A DNA stretch of 64,000 nt from Albugo candida (lineage: Eukaryota), in contig JBDOQK010000019.1 in NCBI GenBank assembly GCA_040437565.1, positions 434,001-498,000 of the forward strand, given 5' to 3'. Under the pieces are notes generated by a model. That model searched no databases. It was not told the origin of the DNA and saw only the letters and a list, made by a program, of their open reading frames with translations. Every line of letters starts with the position of its first letter. The first letter of the stretch is position 1. A program made the translations under genes and the position numbers. Positions 34,895 to 47,283 of the stretch are shown one piece after another.

Positions 34895-37870
34895 TCACAG
34901 TAATTCCTTAGCTGCATTCGAACAAATACCTGCAATCATGTCCTTCAGGTCAAGGATCCCAAAGTCAATGAGATTCTGCATTGTGAAATGTATACCCGGA
35001 TACCATGCTCTACCCAATAAAATGAACACTTTCTCCCAATGCTGATCTTTTATACAGGTGCTTCCCAGCCCTGATAAGAAATCCAGCTTAATCTTCATAT
35101 CTGCGATATCATTTTTATAAAAATTGGTGACTTCCGACTTGATAGAGCTGTCAAAATCACATGCTTGCAAATAAGCGGCTGCAACTTGCTCCCTTGAGGC
35201 GACAAAGTCCAATTCCAGGAAGGACAAAGAGATTATGTTATTGTACAAACTTTGCCATACGTCAATGGCACTCCATAAAGCAAACAAAGTCGCCATTTGG
35301 TCTTGTGTAACTTGCAAATTTAAATAGACTGGAACAGATTGCGTGAATAATGCTTGATACTCACTATATTGTTTCGCTAGATCATCGTACTGCGTCAATT
35401 TCAACTTCAATGCCTCAAGCTGTATTTTCACTTGATTAGCATCATGATACTTGATGGGACTGGAGAATTGAGCGTCACGAAGTTGAGTGTTTACTTGTAT
35501 GACTTTTTCATCCAGACGTTCAATATTTTTATTCAATTGCTCAGACATTTCCTCCATCCGAGACTCTACATAAGCGTTGGCGGAGTCCATATCTTTTCTG
35601 CAGACTTCTTGTATGCCTCGTAGATCATCTAGCTGTACCATATCTTCGGAAGAAACACGAACACCATGATGAGCGAGAAGCCGGTATAAATCCTCCACGG
35701 CGTTCGTATTCTTGTGTAAAAGCTTTTGACTGTGTATGGCACTTCGTATACGCTGAACAAAAGTCGCAAATTCTCTGAGAAGAATGGGGCGCTGAACTAA
35801 GAGTTGAGTAAGCTGTTTGTACTCGTTGAGATTCTTCTTGCATCTTGTACGAGCCAAATCCCTGATCAAGCATTTTAACTCGTCTACCTTAGCACTGCAC
35901 GCTGGGACCAAGCTTTGTTTTAGCTTTCTTGACTCCACATGTAGGATTCCAATGGTGTGACCAACGCGCATCTTATCGAGTTCTTTTTCCCACTGAATAA
36001 GTTGCGCCATTTCAGCTTTCAATGATGCGACCGTGTGTGCCCGTTGAACGTACTCTTCTAGATTCCATGCCTTATCGTATTCGTAAATAGGCCGAATATT
36101 CTCAAAGGATTTGAGATACTCGAAAGCTTCTGCAAAATCTTGCAGCACTTTTCCAGTGATATCTTTCTGCGCAGTTTGAAAAAGAATGCTCCCAGTAACA
36201 ATGGTACCAACATCCGCTGTTTCGACTGTATTTTGTGCAACATAAGGCACAAAATGACGAAAGTGAAGGACCCGAGGTACAGAAGTAGCAGTAGTGACAA
36301 TATCGTTAGTCATTGATATCACAGTGTATTGAATTTGATCACTTGTTGGAGTAAGTCTCATGACGTCTTCTTCGTCGAAAAACATCGTAGTCTCGAAGAT
36401 CCCCGTCTTTCGAGTTTCTCTTTTCATTTCTTCAAGAAACATTCTGCATCTTTGAATGACCAGTTCTCCAATAGACTCAACGGTGATGAGATCGACCAAT
36501 TTGATCAAATCAGGTATCATCGAAGCCTCCTCAGCTGCTTGTTTGAGAGCCTTCTTCTCTTTCATCGCTTCTGACTTGAGATGAACGATTGATTTGGCCT
36601 TTTCACCCAGTAGAACATCTACGATAGGTGTGGTGCTGCTTTCAGGGGTCTTCTTGGCTTTCGCTGCGGCCTTCACATCCAAGCACACTTGGAAAAGAAT
36701 TGTTTGAAGCTTCTCGATACATGCTTCCAGCTCCTTTAGCGCTTCCATACGTTTCGTGGCTTGATGTTCAGCAAAAGAAATGTGGTCGTAAGTTTTCTGC
36801 AATTTAAGCTCCACAAAACTAACACTTTGAACCTCGACTGTCATCAAAGTCTTCACATTGATCAGGGGTCGAGAAAAAGACTTTTTTGCTAAGAAAAGCT
36901 TGCTCCTCAGTTTCTTTTGCTGATACCTGAAAATTTGTCGATGTGTTTGTGCAATCCATCCTGTGAAAGCTTTTCTCACGAGATAGAATTTAAAAAACCG
37001 GAATGAAGTTATTACATTGAATAAAGTGGATTCACGTATCCACTCGTCCAGGGCTATAAATTCGGAAGCTTCGCCCTCTTGTACGTGAACGAGTCCAGTG
37101 GAAGACATTGTGAAATATTCTGATTGCAGTTCATCAGGCTCAACAACTACGAGATCATAAGGTCGAAACATGATTGGATTGACTGCTTGTTTCAAGAAAA
37201 CGTGTTTGATCCTAGCCTGCGCTCCATTTTGGGCAAAGTATAGTATAGCATCCTCCACATTGTGAAAGACCATACTCGATTTCTTCTCGTGGATTTTCAA
37301 TGTATCATGATCACCTCGGTCGCTTCTGACTCCATTATGATCTCTTCGAGCCTGATCAGTTTTTTGAGGCGAAGTCTTTACCCTTTCATATGGTTTCGGT
37401 GAAGATACAGATTTCATTGTAGTCGAGTCGAGCGATTCGAGTAGAAAGCTGCGTGGGAATTTGCACTTTAAGGCATTGGCTGCCAACTTGACTTCACTGT
37501 TGTTCGGCGAGGTAGCAGTAAAGCGGGAATAGCCGGCATAATTCGTGTCTGGAGGGCGTCTTCTGTCGAAATGATCTGGACTTGAAGCTTTACCACCATG
37601 ATAAGCACTACACGGCTTTATTACTGAGCCTTTAGTCGTCTCCCAAATTGGGTATTTTCTCGACCCTAACTTTGAGATTATTTGAACAGAAGATTCTGTG
37701 GTCTCAGAAAGCAGAGCTGGCGATGAAACTGGTTGTCTTTTCAATTTTGTCTCATTGATAAATGCGACTTCATAATTACGTTGAAACGATAACGGTGACG
37801 ACGCTTTTTTGCCGTGGATTCTTCTAGTGGGAGATTCGGGAAATGACAACGCGATATTTTGTTGCTTCAT
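34895..37870 (-). CDS. Axonemal inner-arm-type dynein heavy chain N-terminal (tail) region only, 991 aa
   Basis: FRPYDLVVV, EYFTMSSTGLVHV, EFIALDEWIRE..FFKFYLVRKAFTGW resemble DNAH6-like N-termini; linker-start motif IKDQHWEKV; no P-loop in the ORF. Confidence 0.8.
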   Translation of the reverse strand: MKQQNIALSFPESPTRRIHGKKASSPLSFQRNYEVAFINETKLKRQPVSSPALLSETTESSVQIISKLGSRKYPIWETTKGSVIKPCSAYHGGKASSPDHFDRRRPPDTNYAGYSRFTATSPNNSEVKLAANALKCKFPRSFLLESLDSTTMKSVSSPKPYERVKTSPQKTDQARRDHNGVRSDRGDHDTLKIHEKKSSMVFHNVEDAILYFAQNGAQARIKHVFLKQAVNPIMFRPYDLVVVEPDELQSEYFTMSSTGLVHVQEGEASEFIALDEWIRESTLFNVITSFRFFKFYLVRKAFTGWIAQTHRQIFRYQQKKLRSKLFLAKKSFSRPLINVKTLMTVEVQSVSFVELKLQKTYDHISFAEHQATKRMEALKELEACIEKLQTILFQVCLDVKAAAKAKKTPESSTTPIVDVLLGEKAKSIVHLKSEAMKEKKALKQAAEEASMIPDLIKLVDLITVESIGELVIQRCRMFLEEMKRETRKTGIFETTMFFDEEDVMRLTPTSDQIQYTVISMTNDIVTTATSVPRVLHFRHFVPYVAQNTVETADVGTIVTGSILFQTAQKDITGKVLQDFAEAFEYLKSFENIRPIYEYDKAWNLEEYVQRAHTVASLKAEMAQLIQWEKELDKMRVGHTIGILHVESRKLKQSLVPACSAKVDELKCLIRDLARTRCKKNLNEYKQLTQLLVQRPILLREFATFVQRIRSAIHSQKLLHKNTNAVEDLYRLLAHHGVRVSSEDMVQLDDLRGIQEVCRKDMDSANAYVESRMEEMSEQLNKNIERLDEKVIQVNTQLRDAQFSSPIKYHDANQVKIQLEALKLKLTQYDDLAKQYSEYQALFTQSVPVYLNLQVTQDQMATLFALWSAIDVWQSLYNNIISLSFLELDFVASREQVAAAYLQACDFDSSIKSEVTNFYKNDIADMKIKLDFLSGLGSTCIKDQHWEKVFILLGRAWYPGIHFTMQNLIDFGILDLKDMIAGICSNAAKELL

Positions 37871-38128
37871 TCTCGATGCAATTTTATGTCCCGTTTTAAA
37901 CGCCGTGAGGGAATTTTGTGTCAGCTATAAATATAAATCAATCCATCATGCACAAAACGAAATTCGTTGTGATTTAAATGATTAAGTCACGTGAAGCATG
38001 AGTAGAGTGATGCAGAGCATCAATGAAATAGATTATTTGGAATTGCTGTCTTGATTAATCAAAAATTTCAAATTCACTTGAAAGAAAGCTTCCATCAAAT
38101 TAGCTGTTATATAATTGGAGCAAATTCC

Positions 38129-39271
38129 ATGCATCGCCGGACGATTTGGGCTCGCATCATTGGGGTCATTTTTTTGCGATTGCTATATCAGTGTTCGACG
38201 AGAAATATTGCAATACGAAGTCAGAACGGTATAAAAGCGGACATATCAAGAGAACACATCGTCAAGCAGCTCGGTGATAAAATCCATGCTCTTGAACTTG
38301 TCCATGTGCACCCAATGACGCACTCAGATGCAAAAAAGGCACGCATTTTGTGCTGGGTCAACACGTATCATAAAAATCATGATTCAAGAATTGATGCAAT
38401 AAAGCGAACTTGGGGAAAGAAGTGTGACAAGATTCTTTTCATGAGTGATCAAGAGGATATAGTCTATAAGACTGTGCGAGTTCACGCTCCTCCATTCCAC
38501 AAAATGTCTTGGCAGAAGCACCGAGAAGCTGTGCGCGCTATACTTCGCGAAATTGACGAGAGGGATTTTGACTGGATATATAAATGTGATGATGATACTT
38601 TTGTCATCTTGGAGAATCTACGGCGATTATTACTTTCGCCCAGAATCAAGGCCATTACGTCAACAACACCTTTATTATTGGGCCATCGGATGACATTACA
38701 ATGGTATTGTCGCGTTTTGCTGTGCTTTTATGATCCGCTAATTGTGGGCTTTGACAGGTGGGAGCTGCACCGACCATTTATACCATTTGCAGCACAGAAA
38801 CGCGAACACGTCGAATTGATAATGAAAGTTGACAAAGCGACCAGAAGTAGAGGTGGTCTGTATTATACGCCTGGTGGCGGAGGATACGTTATGAATTGGG
38901 CGTATTTGAAATTGCTGGCTTCGTCACTCGATGAACCTCACTGCCTACCTCACGAGATTGTTCCTGATGATTGGGCAACTTCATTCTGTATGTTATTGCA
39001 CAACGTTTCTCCATCCGATACAAGAGATGAACTTGGAAGGGAGCGTTTCCATCAGTATGATCCAGAAATGTTATACTACGCTCCGCACGATGAAAAGGCT
39101 TTTGATCATTCAATCCGAAGCTCGATATATGAAGAGGCCAACTGGTTTTCTGATCACTATGGAATTGGTTGGAAGAACGGCTCCGATTGTTGCGCCGCAG
39201 ATTCTATAAGTTTTCATTACATCATTCCTCCTTTCATGGATATTATCTATGCGTACTATTACAACACATAA
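38129..39271 (+). CDS. GT31 / core-1-type beta-1,3-galactosyltransferase (C1GALT1/Fringe-like); probable in-frame 54-bp intron 38704-38757
   Basis: RILCWVNT, IKRTWGKKCDKILFMS, DWIYKCDDDTFVILENLR, GGGGYV, DELGRERFH, CCAADSISFHYI. Confidence 0.92.
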   Translation: MHRRTIWARIIGVIFLRLLYQCSTRNIAIRSQNGIKADISREHIVKQLGDKIHALELVHVHPMTHSDAKKARILCWVNTYHKNHDSRIDAIKRTWGKKCDKILFMSDQEDIVYKTVRVHAPPFHKMSWQKHREAVRAILREIDERDFDWIYKCDDDTFVILENLRRLLLSPRIKAITSTTPLLLGHRMTLQWYCRVLLCFYDPLIVGFDRWELHRPFIPFAAQKREHVELIMKVDKATRSRGGLYYTPGGGGYVMNWAYLKLLASSLDEPHCLPHEIVPDDWATSFCMLLHNVSPSDTRDELGRERFHQYDPEMLYYAPHDEKAFDHSIRSSIYEEANWFSDHYGIGWKNGSDCCAADSISFHYIIPPFMDIIYAYYYNT

Positions 39272-39351
39272 GTGATTACGGCTATTATACTATCCTATAC
39301 CCACTATCACAATGCAAAAGTAATCACAATCAATACATTATTACAAATTCG

Positions 39352-39708
39352 ATGGCGAATCGAGTGGCCACATCATTTCGCCAAGCTGCAAAAAGTGGCG
39401 CCGCCACAAGAGAACTGATACTGAACAAATCACAAGATTTAGTTTGTAAGAATCTGATGTGTGAAAGAATTGGTGGAGCATGTGCGTGTCGCCTAGCACA
39501 TATTCTCACGTGCGTACCGAAGCTTACGCATCTTGATTTGTCCAATAATGGATTGGAAACGATCCCCGAGGCAGTATTTTCCTTGCAGGATTTGAGATAT
39601 TTGAATGTAGCTGATAATAAGCTGTCTTCCGTACCTCAAAATGTTGTGAAGCTCAAGTGTCTGGAACACTTGGACTTGAGTGGTAATCATCTCTCGGAGG
39701 TATTGTGA
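39352..39708 (+). CDS. Small leucine-rich repeat protein (3' end may be spliced)
   Basis: LTHLDLSNNGLETIP, LRYLNVADNKLSSVP, LEHLDLSGNHL. Confidence 0.8.
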   Translation: MANRVATSFRQAAKSGAATRELILNKSQDLVCKNLMCERIGGACACRLAHILTCVPKLTHLDLSNNGLETIPEAVFSLQDLRYLNVADNKLSSVPQNVVKLKCLEHLDLSGNHLSEVL

Positions 39709-39872
39709 CGCGTCCTATCGCTGACTGGTACTTCCATGGTTGGAATCGGTGACCGTGATGTCGCGACGTCGATACGTGAAGAGAAAGAATAGAAAAGGAT
39801 AGGGGTGTTGCCATCGAGCAGGAGATGATATACTGTGAAACAAAAGCGTGAAAATGAACCCACTTCTTATTA

Positions 39873-42800
39873 TCATAGCTTCGGTAACACTAATTGCACC
39901 TCACTCAATGGCGAGGAAATAGACGGACGAGTTCGGCTTGTCTCACTGCGCTGAATGGATGGTCTCTTTTCATCTATTAGGCTTGTGATGCTCGCTCGTT
40001 GGATTTTCGACTCACGACGTGTGGAAGTCTCATCATCGATAGCCATTCTACTTCCTGCACGGGAAACACGGGTAGGTGACTTGCTTTTCACAGTTGTCGC
40101 TTGACGAAGCTCGAGTACAGTATCCTTATCGGCAAACAGAGAATCTTTAGAGCTTTCACTGGTTTCTGGGGCATGAATATTTAATAACTCCGAAATGGCT
40201 TGCGTAAGAGCACCAAAGTTGTTGTGATTTTCGGGTGCAGCTGGTATCGGATAAACTTTCTCTAGTTTGTATTTGCCGTCGTCAATCCTCATGGCACAAA
40301 AATCACCAGTAATGCTGTCTTGAATGGTTGCACCCAGCGCCGGTGTTGTGAATGGGCACAAATGCATGAATGTGCGAAGGTGAGAAGGTGATATGTCTAC
40401 TTCCTCGTCTAAAGGGCTTTGTAGCTTCCATGACATGCCGCATTGGTCCGGATAACTCAGTGTATTGCCGATCGGCAAGTACTTCCATGCAGCCAGCCGA
40501 ACGGGTGGTACGAGAGAAGGCAGCTTTGAGGCCACTAATTCAACGTGTTGAATTTTGGAGGGGCCAATGTCTACCATTGACAAAAGTGTCTGTATCAGTC
40601 CTGCTTCAATTTCACTCACGCCACCGACCCATTTTTCGTGTTGAAGGTGTTGTATGTGTGCGAGCCCAATTGCGCAAGCTGGAGCAACCTCGGAGGTGCA
40701 AACTCCGCATAATTCAATCAGAAGTCTGACGACTCCGTTCCCCACCATGCTTGATAATTCTGCATCATTCCGCATGACGATGTTATAAATTGTGATAACG
40801 CAGTTTTCATATGCACCAACAAATCCAATTGCAATGATTCCTCGAACAAGAAACAATATGCTATTGCCATCAATCAAGCTTAATGCTTCTGAGCAATAAG
40901 TTGACAAAGCTCTCAAAGTGAAAGAACAAAACCTTGCAATGTCAGGGCTTTGGCCAGTAGGCTTTGTCAGATTTTGATGAGTCAAAATAGACGCAACTAT
41001 ATCGACCGATCCTTCTTGCACAGCCACGGTCTGATGCTGCTCACATTGGACCAGTTGACTGATTGCGTAAGCGCACTGGACCATAGCTGGAATCGAGCAG
41101 TAGCTCGATAAAAGACGAAGTACTCGAATAGCCCCGTTTTCCACCAGCTCGATCCAATTCTCTGGGTCTTCAGACATCACGGACAAGATCTCAGCACACA
41201 TGTCAATGATGGTCAGAGGTAACTTTGTGCTAGTCGAAAGCATGTGCTGCATCCCGGCCACAATATCTGAACGAATAAGCTTCTTTCGCAACATTGTACT
41301 GCCTGCAAAGTTGTAGAGAACATACATGCACGCACTTTGTATCTCCTCCTCTTTACAGTTTAGGATGATAGCGACTACTTTCTGAAAAATGCCAGCTTCA
41401 TCCAAACGCTCGTGTAATGTTGCGATACGCGACATATTACACAAAGCATTTATGGCTAAAGTACTTTGCTGTCGATCGCTACATGAAGCCAGATCAAGCA
41501 AGCCTTTAGGCAGATTATTGGTGACCATAGCTTCGCAGTTTGACCCCTCTGACGATAAATTACTCAATGTAGCAGCGCAGTAAGATAGCGTTGATGTCAC
41601 CTTGCATTGAAGTAGCTTGGACACGGCAACTAAAGCCCCATTTTCAACCAGAGAAACCCTGACACGACTGGGTGATGACAAGTTCATTAGACAAGCGGCT
41701 AGAACTCGTCGCATTTCCTGATCACTGGATTCATTTTCACAGATTTTTGTCACAACTTGAGCAACATTGACCTCCATTAAGCATTCAAGCATTGTATGTT
41801 CACAAGATAAGTTATATAGAGCGTCGACGCAAAGAATCTGAATCCTTTTGCTATCGAGCCGCGAAAGTTTTATGAGTGCATATAGAACTCCATCTTTGAT
41901 GTGAGAGATTCGGTGTTCATCATGAGTCAGGAGATTATAAAGTGCGCACGCACAAATTTCTTTGGTGGTGGCGCTGTTAACCCGAAGAAGAGCATTGACT
42001 ATAAAATTTGGAACAGTTCCTTCGGTCCAAATGTGCCGAGTTCGCGTATTTTTTTCCATTGCTAAATTGCATAAAGTCGCTGCCGATCGAATCTGAACAT
42101 TTTCGTTTCCTGAGCGCATCATCGAAATGAGAGTCGGGAAGACCTCGGGTGTTTTTGAAAGTGCGGACCGAGAATTCTCTTTTGCTGCCAATTTGTAGAG
42201 TGCAATCGCGCAAGTATTGATTATGATGGTGTGCTGAGAAGTTGATAGGTCGATTAAGATCGATAGTACTGCAGTTTTCTCGAGTGCTTCACCGGCCAAA
42301 TTGCACGCTGCTGTGGCACAGCACAATAGTGTATCTTTGGTGATACTGTGCATTAGTTTACGAATTAGACGAACGCAGCCAATTTCTATAAAGTGCTTTC
42401 TGCATGAAGCGTCGAACGTCAAATTGGCCAAAATTGCCGCACACCAGCTGATAGCATCCTCGGTTCTATTTGTACGAGTAAACATTGCGATAAGTACTTT
42501 GATCAGAGTACTTTCGACAAGTTTTGCGGAGTGTCCTTCGGTGAAAGATAAATTGTAAAAGCAGCCAAGAGCACACTCTTGACTTCTTGGTAAAGCTAGC
42601 GGCATCTTGTCGTGTACGCCTCCGATTGCAGGAGATGTTGAATCGTCATCAATCTCAACACCATCTTTGTTAATGTTTGTCTTCCGTAGCAACCGAAGAA
42701 TTGAATTGATCACCGATTCGTCCATCAGATAAACATGGTACACAGAGCTGTGAGATATGTTCAAATATAAACTTGCGCATAGCTCCTTGGTTTTGTCATT

Positions 42801-44682
42801 TGACGTGGACGAAAGTACTGATAAAGCGGATAAGAAGTCGACTTGAATCAGTGCCGTACATACTTCATCAAAAGATACTAAATAACCAAGTGCCATCAGA
42901 GTATACTGCTGTGCAAGACAATCCCCGTCCTTGAACAGGCTGATAAAGAATGGAACAAGTTGTAGCCAGTACTTCAGCTGAGCTACGTTCCGTAATGTAG
43001 CAATGTTTGCTAAAATAAGAGCCACATTCTCCTGAACTATAATACTTTCGAATTTTGAAAGCTGTATACAATCCTGGATGAGATAATTATCAACCAGCCT
43101 TTGTATAGAGGATGAATTGGAAGAGATGTTGGCTAGTGTGATCGCGCAATGCTCGATAACTTGTACCTCCTTTTGTTTCAGTAAGACTTTGATCGTTTCG
43201 AGTACCTTAATATCACCGAGAGTTTCTAAATTAGAAGCGATACCAGAAAAGTTGCGAAGTGCCTGAGCAATGTTGATACTAAGCTCAAGATCTTTGCTTG
43301 AGTGGGACAAATAGAAAATAGTGTTTAAAACGTCTTCATCGAGAATTTTAGCTCTTGAGCCTGGAAGTACTGATAGATTGTACACGGCTAGTGCCGCAAA
43401 TCTCTTGTACTTCAGCTCCTCAATTTTGGCCATCTTGGTTAGGCTCTGCACGACTGAGTCAGGCACAGGTGATCCAGAAAAAGACGCAATATTTATAAGT
43501 GCCTTGATGCATGATTCTTTTGCCTCCATGTCAGATGAATTTAGCATTGATAGAATAGCCGAAGTGCATCCCTCTTGTATTAGACGATACTGACCATTTC
43601 TATCATGTGAAAATCGACAGAGCGCCATCGATGTATGTCGCCGTATTTCTTCGTTCTGAGACTTGACCAGTTCCATGAGTGTCAACAACACGCCATCATG
43701 AATCATTTTTGCACACAGGTCTAGATCACAAGTCAAGTTGAAAATCGCGACTGCACAGTACTTTTTCACCTCCAAATCATCCACAATAGCGAGACAAGAG
43801 ATTGCAAATAGACATCCTTCATTGACCATTTGCCTTTCGTTCCCTAGCACAGTGGTAAACTAGGAGAAAATGTTACTGATCTGATCCTAGTGATCCATCC
43901 AGGTCAAAATTACGTACATAGTATATTGTGAAAGCGCATTCTCTTTTTAGCGATATTTCACGTGCTGTACTACCAAGCACATGTTCTTCTAATACAGAAT
44001 TCTTTCTCAACCCAGAAGCATCGCTGATTTTGCCTTCGACTGAATGATCATACTGATCCTGATCAGGAAATAGATCGTCATTTCTCAAAGCTGATTTGGT
44101 GTTTTCTTCGGGTTTACTCAAACGAGAAGAGTAGATCATCCCATTTTCATAATCACCTCGCTGCGCAAATATATCTCCACTGTACATGTTGAAGACGTGT
44201 GTCGATGAGGGTCCTTCTGGTGATTTTGACACGCTTTTCGATATTGATCTGGTACGTGGCGATCCAAGAGAAAGAGAGTTGTTTCGATTCGGCGCAGTTG
44301 GAGAATGTGCAACTACTTCAGGAATGCTGTCTGCAAATTCTCCGATATCTCTTTCCTTGTTCATAGTTACGGATGTTTTTTGTTTGCCCTCGCGTTCTTT
44401 TCTTGCTTCAGTGTTGGTGTTAATATACGTGTGTAACGTTCGCACAAGATCGTCTCTTGTCGTATGGTTCTTCCAAAAGTTGCGCTGCCGATGTAAATTC
44501 CAATGCTTGACAAGATCCTTTAATTCTTCATAACGGATAGGTGCCGATGCTGGATCCCGATTTCTTGGAAATAGATTAAAGCGGGTCAAGTAGATGCGTA
44601 AAACGTCCAACTCTTTATCTCGTTCCAATTCTTCGAGAACTTCCATTGTATTTCGCGCATTTTGTGAGAGGTGATGGCTCAT
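39873..44682 (-). CDS. Large armadillo-repeat protein (Vac8-like), two exons joined across intron ~43860-43918
   Basis: Many ARM repeats (CAVAIFNLT, ALCRFS, AATLCNLA, ALYNLS); GTACGT..CTAG intron between ORFs 43873-44682 and 39873-43850. Confidence 0.88.
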
Positions 44683-44912
44683 AAATTCCGTGTACGATAT
44701 ATCTGAACAAATCCGTCGTTACGTCACACTTGTGGCAAGTCAAAGCCCAAAGATAGATGTCTATGAAGGACCCTCTATTCAATCATAAAGTCACTTTCGT
44801 GGCAAGGATAGAACAACATTACAATATATGTATTCTAGCCTCATTCACTTCTTCACTTAATATTCCTTGAGCGAAAATATGAAGTGAGAGATGCTCTGTA
44901 TTTCTAAAGCTG

Positions 44913-46363
44913 CTACATGAATCCGGAGCCTTTAATATTTTGCTTCAATATGATCTCTTTGCAAGCATTGAACACAACTTGCACATTTTGCGAATCGGTT
45001 GCACAAGTGACATGATGGAAAATTTCTTTTTGAGGCTGGCGATTCATCTCAAGGAATTTAGCCAGAAAATACTTCACTCCGGCATCGTAATTTCCTAGGC
45101 CACCAGAATAATCACTAAATACATCAACAACCTTTGGATCGACCGCTTTGATTTTGTCTTGAAACAGATCCTTTTTGTTCAAGAAAAGAATCATTGCCGA
45201 ATTAGCAAAAAAGCGATTGTTGACAATCTCATCAAAGAGCGTGATAGCTTCGATCATGCGGTTCGTTGAAGCGTCCTCGTATAGAGACTGATCATATTCG
45301 CTTAATGCAGCTACGAAAATGACAGCCGTCACATCTTCAAAGCAATGTATCCACTTTTTGCGCTCATTACGTTGTCCACCGACGTCATACATCACGAAAG
45401 TAGCCCCGTCAATCTGATAGCGCTCCTCAACAATTCCGGAGGTTCGTACACGGGCGTAAAGCATGTCTTGTTTGGTCGCAGCATAATCATCCCTCATGAT
45501 CCTATCGAGTTCATTGAAATAATACTTGACTGATTCAATTATCTGATACTCAGATCGACGATTCCAAGTTGCAACTATACCCGGATCAGTCCATAAATTT
45601 TTGATTTTCTGACCGATTTGTGGGTTCACTTCAGTTTCGTCAGAGGTTGCCTTGATGTCTTGAAAATCTTGTAAGCACTGTACTTCCCCAGTCAATTTCA
45701 ACTCGATACATTGGTCTATCAAAATCTTCATCGAAGTAATGATATTACTATATACAATTGGTGTGCTTTGTCGCTTCTCATCGTCCGATAATGGAGCCCC
45801 GTATAGAAGCTATGTAATACAACACCTTTCATCATCCTCGTTAATGCAACATGTGAAGGACAACGTACCTTCATCTGTTTGAAAACGGTGCTTTTCCCTG
45901 ATTCACCAGCTCCAAGAAGTAGGAGCTTCACCTTTTCTTGCTCTGCACGGTGTGCTTGTTCGTTTTTCGCATCNNNNNNNNNNNNNNNNNNNNNNNNNNN
46001 NNNNNNNNNNNNNNNNNNNNNNNNNNNNNNNNNNNNNNNNNNNNNNNNNNNNNNNNNNNNNNNNNNNNNNNNNATATACAATTGGTGTGCTTTGTCGCTT
46101 CTCATCGTCCGATAATGGAGCCCCGTATAGAAGCTATGTAATACAACACCTTTCATCATCCTCGTTAATGCAACATGTGAAGGACAACGTACCTTCATCT
46201 GTTTGAAAACGGTGCTTTTCCCTGATTCACCAGCTCCAAGAAGTAGGAGCTTCACCTTTTCTTGCTCTGCACGGTGTGCTTGTTCGTTTTTCGCATCTAA
46301 TTCTTTCGATTTCATGTATTGAGCTTTTTCCTCATCGGTCATTTTAGATCCACATATGCCCAT
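44913..46363 (-). CDS. GPA1: Heterotrimeric G-protein alpha subunit; one intron (45810-45868); part of the 5' region appears twice around a gap
   Basis: MGICGSK lipidation motif, GAGESGKST, RVRTSG, DVGGQRNERKKW, FLNKKD, TCATD. Confidence 0.97.
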
Positions 46364-47283
46364 ACTTTTGTTCCCCAATTACCGCGGTAGAATCGTTCAG
46401 TGCGACGACTTCTAGAATGGAAACAGCAGCGTCCAGCCAGAGATCCGATACAAAAATCAAGTGCTCGTTTTATAATTAAACCAAATCTCCTGTGGCGATC
46501 AGAAACAAAGCGTCGGTCGCCTTTGAGTCGGCGCACATCTCTATGAATAACTATTTCACTACTCGGGTTCGTTAGTATCGATTATGATGCGTTGACACTG
46601 GTTCGCTTCACTCTACTTCCATTGTGTCTATTTAGCTGTTAAGGTCTCCTATGAGCATAACTATTTTTTTGTGTGTTATATTAGTGCAGATCAAACGAAA
46701 AGTCATGCGCGGTTTGGGTCTAGATGCCTTTAACGCAGAGACTATCTGGCATACACGAAGATTGGCGTACGGGTAAGGAGCATCATTTGCTTGATTGGAA
46801 CTCGTATTCAGTACTACAACATCATATAACTATCGCGAAAATACTCATATATGTGAATCCTATTGCCGCTCGACTTTGCTTGCTGTATGCACGTGTGAAT
46901 TATTTCGCAAGGCTATCGTTGCATTGTTGATCTTTTGAATATTCATAGAGAATGTTATGAGTCGGCTGCTTCATCTGATAATTTTATTGGATACATTGAG
47001 TATCTGTTTGACAGTATTGAGATGGGATTTCTCAGTCCAGACAAAGGCGAGAGCCTCTTGAAGTCTGTTGGAGCTGCCAATCGAGCTAAAATTAGTTATT
47101 AATCAAGTTCGTTTCTTTAAAGAGGATATGGGAATAGTAAAAATTATAGGCAAGCGATACCACTATACGTAGCATCTCTACGTTATCGACTGCATTATAG
47201 AAGAAGCCACACGGATTTTGACCACGCCTGACCACCGTATGCTGATACTTGAAGTTTCGGTGGCGTAAACATCGGGTGATAAA

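Noticed and set aside
45750-46297. Tandem duplication of the G-alpha P-loop exon or a second G-alpha gene
   Set aside because: Copies look identical and abut the N gap, so an assembly overlap is more likely
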